This document shows, one piece after another, positions 57,086 through 64,000 of a stretch of 64,000 nucleotides of DNA. Location of the stretch: IMG/VR virus record IMGVR_UViG_3300010938_000012, positions 1 to 64,000 of that record. One strand, written 5' to 3'. The stretch is from a virus. The notes beneath the pieces were generated by a model. It did not search any database. It worked only from the letters and a program-made list of their open reading frames with translations, and was not told the origin of the DNA. A program made the position numbers and the translations under genes. Each line of letters begins with the position of its first letter. The first letter of the stretch is position 1.

Positions 57086-58241
57086 GTCTCTGTTTAGCGG
57101 GCGATTTGAGTATCGGGGGTTGTCGTTTCCTTTTTTTGCTGTCTGGCACAGAACAGCAAACCCATGCCTGTTATAAAACAGGCCAGCAACATTATTTTAA
57201 GTTTATTGCTCATAGTCTTTACGTTTGTTCCAATGGACGACCCATTTGGTGGGACATGGTTGTCTATCATCATCGTTCCAATGTCCTTTTGGGCAATATG
57301 GAATGACTTTTAGTTGAGATGGGACAGCGTTGCCTCTGTAACAAGGACGAACCTTGGGGTGTCAATGCCCTTAGAATCTTTAAGATAGTTGAGGTATCTC
57401 TTCGCTGTCTGCTGTGGGCACTGTTGCCGGTGTCTGGCGCACCCTTACTGTGGTAAAAAACTCGCTCATAAGTTAAAAACGGGCTCGTCAGCGCCTGTTT
57501 CGTAGTTAGAGGTTAGCCTGCCCTCGGCGAACCCTTTGTAAATGTTCTCCATCTGCTCTCTAAACCAGTCCATTTCCTCGGCATCGCAGTGCTGTTCGTC
57601 GAAAGGGCTGTCAACTGTGTAGGTGCGGGGCGATATTCCCGCACTTGGGTCTCCTTGGTCGGTGATGTGCAACTTGATCATGGTTTGTATTTTTTTGAGT
57701 TGAGCATATTGTCTGATAGGGCAAAGTTTGCTTATGGCGCTATTGCCCAATCGTCGTCTTTTGGCCTATCTTATGGGCTTTTGTGCGCCTTTACGTTCTT
57801 TAGGCCGAACCTTTCTGTCAAATAACCCCGCCCCCCCCCCACAGGATGCCGTCAGAATCAAATTAACGGGCACAGAATCAATTCTATTTGCCCAGCAGCC
57901 CAAACTCTTCGTATAAGCCCAAAAGTTCTCTGTGGGATCGTTGCGGGCTATCTCAAGCCACATATCAATCCAAGCCTTATTGAGGGCGTATTCTTGCGTT
58001 TTACAGCCTTTTGGCGGTATTGGCACGTTCTCGGCTTTGGCGTGTTCAAAGTTTTTCCGCCTATGTTCTCTAACGGCAGGAAACCTTTCAGGGCTTGCTG
58101 CGCAGCGCTTGTGCCGCCCTTTATAATCATCAAACCTTCCTGACAGTAACCATACGCTCTAATGCAAACGGGAAAGTTGTGCCAGCAGGTAAATTCCGCC
58201 CGTACACTGTGCCCGTGCAATCAAGGTCAATCCTCCAAGTT

Positions 58242-58589
58242 TTAATAACCGCCCCCATCGTCAAGGACACCATAATCTTCAAGTTCCTCCGGGTCTTCTA
58301 CTTCAGATAGGCCGAGGTTCACGAGTGCTTCGGGAGATAGGTCTTCGAGAAACCCCTCTTCGCCCGTATCTGGGTCGGTGTAAAACATCTCAAGGGCAGT
58401 ACCGTTCATCATTGCTACTTGGTACTCTGAATTGGTGAGAAAGACGTGACCGGAGTTTAAGTTCATCATAATTTCAACCCCGTCATCTTCAAACCCTTCT
58501 GGTAAACCGTCTTCGTTCCAAGCGCGCAGCAGTTCCCCTGCCATCTCGCGCTCTCTGCGCCCAAACTTTGTTAAATCAGTTGTGGTCAT
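58242..58589 (-). CDS. Hypothetical acidic protein
   Basis: DL.KFG.RE, MNLNSGHVFLTN. Confidence 0.7.
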   Translation of the reverse strand: MTTTDLTKFGRREREMAGELLRAWNEDGLPEGFEDDGVEIMMNLNSGHVFLTNSEYQVAMMNGTALEMFYTDPDTGEEGFLEDLSPEALVNLGLSEVEDPEELEDYGVLDDGGGY

Positions 58590-58842
58590 TTTAATTGTTG
58601 TTTTTCTCTTGTACTATTTGTTATATCCGTCCCATAACTTGTCCCGCAAGTCACCCCCGTACAAAACGTCTTCTTGATCGCAGAATACAGTTCCGTGCTT
58701 GCGGACATAATCAGTTCGGCCTCTGGGCATGTTCTCAACAATCAGAAAACTGTGACCACATAACCTCAATGTCCAGCTTAATATATCTCCGCCTGTCGTT
58801 TATGTATTTCAACCACATTCCCTCGTATAGTGTTGGAAACAT

Positions 58843-59175
58843 TTAGTTGTTCGACTCCCCCGAATAAGGGGATTTTGATTTTAACTTTTTAACGAGTTTG
58901 AATATGGCCTCGTCGTTTTCTTTTACAATTTTCAAGTCTTGGCTGTACACCGGCACCCTTTGCCCATCTTCCCATTGAACTACTGACATCGGTATCTGGA
59001 CACCGAGCATTTGTTCAAGGCCGTAACTGTGCGTCTGCACTTCGATGATACCCACTGTGCCTTTCTCTGGGACTTTGTAGGAATATAGCTCTCCACCATT
59101 CTCTACAGAGAACCTTACCACGTCTCCGACATTGAACCTTCCCATCATGTCATCATCTGCTACTTGTACTGTCAT
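58843..59175 (-). CDS. SH3-like hypothetical protein
   Basis: FNVGDVV..G..G.I..VQW. Confidence 0.55.
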   Translation of the reverse strand: MTVQVADDDMMGRFNVGDVVRFSVENGGELYSYKVPEKGTVGIIEVQTHSYGLEQMLGVQIPMSVVQWEDGQRVPVYSQDLKIVKENDEAIFKLVKKLKSKSPYSGESNN

Positions 59176-59185
59176 GCCATCTCCT

Positions 59186-59500
59186 TTAGTGCGGGTTTCC
59201 TATGGACAGGCTTGCTGGCCCAAGAGTTATTTGAATATAAAACAAACCGAAATGTGCCAACATAAGCAGCACCCCCGCTATGCCAACGTAGCAAGCGAGT
59301 CGGCTATTTTTCCAATATCTTTTCAGCGCATTCAGCATAGCCTGTTTCAACAATTCAAACCAATTATTAAAGTATTTGTACAATTCTCCGCTTCTTTCAT
59401 GTTTGCCACAGTGGTGGAGCATAAAGTCTTTGTAGTTTTGCGCCCTGTCCGCAATCAACATCTGTTTCACCTCTTCGCAAGAAAATCCAACAACTTTCAC
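59186..59500 (-). CDS. Hypothetical protein
   Basis: ORF in operon. Confidence 0.4.
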   Translation of the reverse strand: MKVVGFSCEEVKQMLIADRAQNYKDFMLHHCGKHERSGELYKYFNNWFELLKQAMLNALKRYWKNSRLACYVGIAGVLLMLAHFGLFYIQITLGPASLSIGNPH

Positions 59501-59865
59501 TGGATGAGCATATAGACCTTTTTGCAGTCCTCTTTGTACCTTAATAATAAATATCTTACTGTTTTGTTTATATTGAATTTCTGCTCTTCTAAATCTAAGC
59601 TAACCCACTCCCCATTTTCATATATTGACAGGGAAATTTCATCAATATTTCTGTCAAGTTCTACTGACTTGACGAAAGTATCCTCCTTCAATTCTATGAT
59701 ATATGTGATCGTAAACGGCAGAGGATATAAAACAACTATATTTGAACCTTCCTTGGCAATCTTACACGGGTCGAACTCGGTGATTGAATAGATGTCACCG
59801 ATAACCTGTGACTGTGCAGGTGTCAGGAAGGCTGCAAAAAGCAGGAGTAAAAGAAATTTCATCAA
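59497..59865 (-). CDS. Secreted hypothetical protein
   Basis: Signal peptide MKFLLLLLFAAFLTPAQS. Confidence 0.6.
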   Translation of the reverse strand: MMKFLLLLLFAAFLTPAQSQVIGDIYSITEFDPCKIAKEGSNIVVLYPLPFTITYIIELKEDTFVKSVELDRNIDEISLSIYENGEWVSLDLEEQKFNINKTVRYLLLRYKEDCKKVYMLIQ

Positions 59866-60030
59866 GGTTTCAGTATTTGGAGCAACCTGTCTATGTTGCT
59901 TATTATCTTGTCAAATTGTTTGTTGAAAACTTCGCCTGTCTCTTGTGGGGTTGGCATTTTTACCCCTTTCTTCGACTTTTCAAATTCCCTTGCTTGCTTT
60001 TCAAATTCCCTGTCTTTCATTGTATTTTTT

Positions 60031-60369
60031 TTAATTACAGTATAATTGAACAACATCTCTTTCAGAAGGCTCTTCCCATAGCAAGTTATTGACGGTGTCG
60101 CGGTGCTGTATTGTGGCTATTGTGACAACTTCCCACATCTTAGGGCCATTCCTCCAACTATTACAGCGCTTTCTTCTTCCAATGTTGTGGTATATTCGAC
60201 CAGTTCTCAAATTTTGTACAGACACGTGGAAATGTCTTGGCGGGTCAACACCGATAATTTTATATTTGTCTTCCGCCCAACCAACTATGACAGAGCGGCT
60301 CTCACGATATGTACCTTCCCCGGCGCATGAAAATAGGGCAAGTGCGCCCAAGAAAATTATAAATTTCAT
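60031..60369 (-). CDS. Putative lipoprotein
   Basis: LFSC lipobox. Confidence 0.6.
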   Translation of the reverse strand: MKFIIFLGALALFSCAGEGTYRESRSVIVGWAEDKYKIIGVDPPRHFHVSVQNLRTGRIYHNIGRRKRCNSWRNGPKMWEVVTIATIQHRDTVNNLLWEEPSERDVVQLYCN

Positions 60370-60382
60370 TTTTTTGTTTTAG

Positions 60383-60453
60383 TACCCCCGGCAGGACTCG
60401 AACCTGCGCTCCTGCGTCCGTAGCGCAGAGGTCTTCCATTAGCCTACGGGAAT
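60383..60453 (-). tRNA. tRNA-Arg(ACG)
   Basis: CTGCG-CTACGGA-CGCAG anticodon arm; GGTTCGAGTCC. Confidence 0.8.
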
Positions 60454-60865
60454 AGGTGAGGCCTAAGCCTCTTTTTACTTTCTTATCACAACATAAATCG
60501 TGTCTCTCACGACCCCACCAGTATGCTCCACCTCCCTGACTCGTCCTGTCCAACCTCTTTCGTGTTGAACGATGTCCCCTGCTTTAAGACCTTTAGAGTT
60601 GTTTGGCTTGATGTCGCTCATACAGTTAGTTTCTGGAATCCGTGTGTGAATGAAATACAAACTACCTCTGCTTCCTTTATGTCCCCAAGGGATACGTTTT
60701 TACACAGCGTAGCGTCACTTTTTCGGTTCCATTTGCGGGCTTTTTGAAGGGATTTATCCCAGCCAAAGCGGGCAAGATAACCGAGGGTAGGATGCTTTAT
60801 CACCCACATCTTTAATACCTCTGGGAGAGGTTCAGATTCACTTATTTTCATATTAATTTGCTTTG

Positions 60866-60938
60866 TGCTCCGTGAGGGACTCGAACCCACGGATGCTGGT
60901 ATGTAAAACCAATGCAATAGCCGCTATGCGAACGGAGC
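60866..60938 (-). tRNA. tRNA-Val(TAC)
   Basis: TTGGT-TTTACAT-ACCAG; full cloverleaf. Confidence 0.85.
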
Positions 60939-61131
60939 AAAAATGGGGCGATTGAGGTTCGCCCCCGACCTGAATCCCGAACCTGCTCAACACAATTTCA
61001 ACCGTTTCACGGATACCGAAATAAAAGGTACGCGCACCTATTAACCACAGACAATCTCCATTGCCGCCTCTATCCGTTCCCGGTGTGCGGCCTGCCCCAA
61101 TAGCGCCGAGCGATTGCGGTTGGGTTTTTCG

Positions 61132-61208
61132 TGGACTATGTGGGCATCGAACCCACCTGTTGTTCCTCTGTGCAAGAGAGGCGACCACTCCGAGCAGTCC
61201 CACAGCCC
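61132..61208 (-). tRNA. tRNA-Ala(TGC)
   Basis: CCTCT-CTTGCAC-AGAGG; G3:U70 pair. Confidence 0.85.
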
Positions 61209-61219
61209 ATTATATTTAG

Positions 61220-61293
61220 TAACTCTGACGGGAGTCGAACCCGTAGTTTATGGGGCTTAAACCCATTGTGTCTGCCAATTCCACCACAGAGCC
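61220..61293 (-). tRNA. tRNA-Leu(TAA) with a short variable loop
   Basis: ATGGG-TTTAAGC-CCCAT; Leu-type D loop; 5-nt variable region. Confidence 0.8.
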
Positions 61294-61357
61294 AAAATAA
61301 ACTCACACCCCTTATCCCCCAACAGTCCGCCAAATACACTGTTTTTATGTGAGTTTG

Positions 61358-61430
61358 TAGGGAAAACGCGACTCGAACGCGCATTCTCTTGCTCCCAAAG
61401 CAAGCGGACTGACCATTCTCCCATTTCCCT
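61358..61430 (-). tRNA. tRNA-Pro(TGG)
   Basis: CTTGC-TTTGGGA-GCAAG. Confidence 0.8.
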
Positions 61431-61991
61431 GTTTGGCGAACTTTATCTGGGATACAACTTACCAGAAAGGTGTTTCTCATTATAGTCGCCAATGCCATGC
61501 TGCCCACCCCAAACAAGTTTCCGCACCGCAATAGGTCGAGCCTTGTAAAAGCTGTCGTTTCGGGTTAGCTCCGAATATGGCATTGCCTTTGAAAAATTTT
61601 TGAAGTATAGGCACATCGTTGTCAGCAAGAACTGCTGGTTAAAACCCAAGGAGACCTGATATATCAAGAGCATTGTGTGCCCCACCGCTTGTATCGTTTG
61701 TCAACCCACCACAAACTCACCTTCCCAAGTCAACAGCCGTATCCGACTTCAAACCTCTAAAGGTATGGTCTTTCCTTCATTGCACAACCTACCGCCTTAT
61801 AAGTTCCCGGCAAAGAGAGGAAGAACGAGAACAGCAACAGTCCCCAGCCCTCCGCTCCTTTGAGCATGATGTATATTGCGCCACCTAACTGGACAATAGA
61901 AAATATCACTGCCAATATTGCTAAAAGTACTCTCATTCGTCGTTTTTGTTGAGGGGGCAGTCCAAGCACACTAACATGCCTCTGCATATCC

Positions 61992-62245
61992 CTAAATTAC
62001 ATGTGATAGAGGTTTGAAGTCCTTTTCCCGTCTGGTTAAACCTCGAAGCAAAGGTTCACACTCTGCTTGTGTCTGGAATAGCCCAAACCAAGAACAATAG
62101 TGCGGCGGTGCAACTCTTTCGTACAGTTTTTTGTCCCCACTGTCTCTCCGACCAATTGGCAAAACAACCTTGTAAAAAGTGGCTGTGTGAATACCTAAAA
62201 TTAGGGATTTTAACCACAAACCTATCGAACACAAGCACTATCGTG
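61992..62245 (-). pseudogene. Frameshifted hypothetical gene
   Basis: FVVKIPNF..GCFANWSER continues in another frame as YCSWFGLF. Confidence 0.5.
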
Positions 62246-62271
62246 TCACTCCTTTTTCAATCCTCATCTTG

Positions 62272-62341
62272 AGCGGAATCTCGGAATCGAACCGGGTTCT
62301 TAGACTTGGCAAGCCCACACATTACCTTTTGCCTATCCAGC
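62272..62341 (-). tRNA. Degenerate tRNA-Gly(GCC)
   Basis: TGGGC-TTGCCAA-GTCTA; mismatches in acceptor, D and T stems. Confidence 0.55.
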
Positions 62342-62349
62342 AAGTTTTG

Positions 62350-62430
62350 TACTGGCGGAGGGACTCGAACCCCCGTTTTCAACTTACCGCTACGAGTATA
62401 GATGATATAAGCATCCATCGGTACGCCAGC
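62350..62430 (-). ncRNA. Non-canonical tRNA-like RNA, UAU anticodon-like loop, no D arm in the usual place
   Basis: Acceptor GCTGGCG/CGCCAGT, T arm intact, ATGGATG-CTTATAT-CATCTAT starts 5 nt after the acceptor. Confidence 0.65.
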
Positions 62431-62632
62431 ATTTTATACTGCACTGAACTTATGTTCCCTTTTCTATGCTTTGTATATTTTGTTTTTTTAAAACAATATG
62501 ATCATCAACAGCTCCCCGCGTAAAACTCATTTTGATATAAGTACCAAAAGTTTTACAAAAAAAGAATCGGTTGCACTGACCAATTGTGATAATGGCCCAT
62601 GTCTGCACAAATATTTTAATGCTTTATTTTTG

Positions 62633-62703
62633 CATACCCCAAGAGACTCGAACTCTCAACGTTAGTTTTGGAGACTAAAATGTTACCATTACACCAAGGG
62701 TAT
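62633..62703 (-). tRNA. tRNA-Trp(CCA)
   Basis: TTAGT-CTCCAAA-ACTAA. Confidence 0.85.
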
Positions 62704-62776
62704 GTAAAATTTACTGACATATATTTGCCAGTTTGTTTTCAACCACCACACCCGCCGCCAGTTAAGTTATAATTTG

Positions 62777-62862
62777 AGCCGAGTGTCAGACTCGAACTGA
62801 CGCGGAGAACATTATCTCGACGGATTACAAATCCGCTGCCTTCGCCACTTGGCTAACTCGGC
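62777..62862 (-). tRNA. tRNA-Thr(TGT) with a long variable arm
   Basis: GCGGA-TTTGTAA-TCCGT; extra arm GAGA-TAATGT-TCTC; G1-C72, C2-G71. Confidence 0.75.
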
Positions 62863-63178
62863 ATAAACGGAATAAAGGCTCTGCCTGTTAAAAAATCACA
62901 AAAAACCAGTGCAGCCTCATTCCGGCAAGTGTCGTTTTTATCTTTGTGTTTACCTGTTCGTGACTTCTTTTACCCAAGCCACGATTTGAGGTTGAAACTT
63001 TGCAATAAGGTAGCCTGATGCTATCCCAATAAGTAATACCATAGTGCTTGTTTTTAGTGGTTTAATTGAATCCTACATCCCTTGAACACCGTTGTTGGTG
63101 ATTCCCAGAGTGTAAGAAATTCTTTAAAAAAAGTTATCCTAAGAGGCCATCCTGCCCCGATTTCATTGAACATTCTTG

Positions 63179-63252
63179 AGCGTCTCACGGGAATCGAACC
63201 CGCACCTAAAGTTTGGAAGACTATCATGCTGACCGTTGAACACCAAAGACGC
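63179..63252 (-). tRNA. tRNA-Gly(TCC)
   Basis: TAGT-CTTCCAA-ACT; GCG start, U73. Confidence 0.85.
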
Positions 63253-63367
63253 GCTAAATTCGGCAGTGCTGATGACTATTACCCCACTTGTTAACCCGGC
63301 CACTTGCCAGCCAGTAGTGCTTTCTCTCTTGATTACCTTGTAGTACAGTCCTTCGTCAAGAGTTTTG

Positions 63368-63439
63368 AGGGAAGGCTGGGACTCGAACCCAGACCTCGCA
63401 AATTAACAGTTTGCCGCTCTACCATTATGCTACCTTCCC
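63368..63439 (-). tRNA. tRNA-Asn(GTT)
   Basis: GCAAA-CTGTTAA-TTTGC. Confidence 0.85.
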
Positions 63440-63447
63440 AAAAATTT

Positions 63448-63500
63448 GCCGAGACTGGGGGACTCGAACCCCGACCTAACCATTATACGACAGCCTCGGC
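63448..63500 (-). pseudogene. tRNA remnant lacking the anticodon arm
   Basis: Acceptor GAGGCTG/CAGTCTC; D loop TAATGGTTAG joined directly to the T arm. Confidence 0.6.
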
Positions 63501-63742
63501 ACTAATCTACTTAGTAAATCCAGTTTTCGACCATTTGATGTAGTCTTGCACCCACATCTCAAGTATTGGTGCAAGGACTTCGGAAGAATATGAGTCCACA
63601 AACTCGTGATATGACTCCTCATTTCCTTGAAACCTAAAGCGCACTACAAATTTTACAAAGTTCATTTTTTTACGTTTTGCGGTTTTTAACTTTCTTGAGC
63701 GACAGGCAAGTGTCCATCCAGACAGACCATGAACCGTCTTTG

Positions 63743-63958
63743 TTAATACTTCTTAAAGAACCCAGCAATCCACTTATTTAAACTATATCCGTTGAACCAC
63801 ATTATAGTGGCTACGCCAGCATAGATCGGAAGCAACAACACAACCGCTGCAAGCCACTTCCCAACTATCAGACACATTACGAGCATAATAACCAACATCA
63901 ATGTTGGGAAACCTAAAATAAGGTTTATGGCCAAGTCAAAAAAATTGTTGCTGTTCAT
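63743..63958 (-). CDS. Small membrane protein
   Basis: Two TMs; A-rich leader. Confidence 0.55.
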   Translation of the reverse strand: MNSNNFFDLAINLILGFPTLMLVIMLVMCLIVGKWLAAVVLLLPIYAGVATIMWFNGYSLNKWIAGFFKKY

Positions 63959-64000
63959 TTTATTTTTCTACCTTTAACCCAACCTTTTTCAAATTCATTC

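Noticed and set aside
62777-62862. tRNA-Tyr(GTA) reading
   Set aside because: The 7-nt loop TTTGTAA centres on TGT and the acceptor has Thr-type pairs; only the long arm is Tyr-like.
63269-63275. CTGATGA hammerhead core
   Set aside because: No stem II followed by GAAA, and it is on the strand opposite to the genes.
1-64000. CRISPR array, DGR or retron
   Set aside because: No regularly spaced repeats, reverse transcriptase motifs or TR/VR pair were noticed.

Overview
A 64-kb segment of a large T4-like (myovirus-type) phage genome. Essentially all genes are on the minus strand. Seven promoter-like sites matching the Bacteroidota pattern TTG-N20/21-TAnnTTTG (one with a mismatch) point to a Bacteroidota host. 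From left to right: replication/recombination genes (intein-containing Mre11/SbcD-like nuclease, primase); a late virion module at about 5-41 kb (tail-collar/LamG paralogs, a gene split by a 252-nt group I intron, neck, tail terminator, baseplate proteins, sigma-like factor, endolysin); an early accessory region (CCA-type nucleotidyltransferase, Rnl1-like ligase, DUF932, an EAD11-like protein, a probably inactive GH73); and a tRNA cluster with several non-canonical tRNAs and candidate structured RNAs. The main observations are: (1) late genes carry Shine-Dalgarno sites while early genes have SD-less A-rich leaders, suggesting a translational early/late switch; (2) a recurring N-terminal MKLKxxLxE leader on diverse small proteins, a candidate capsid-targeting signal; (3) strong [ST]-[GAS]-S enrichment in virion proteins; (4) an ORF-less intron next to a free-standing HNH gene; (5) a D-armless tRNA-like RNA with a UAU anticodon; (6) many decayed accessory genes. 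All family assignments come from reading motifs by eye; no searches were run.
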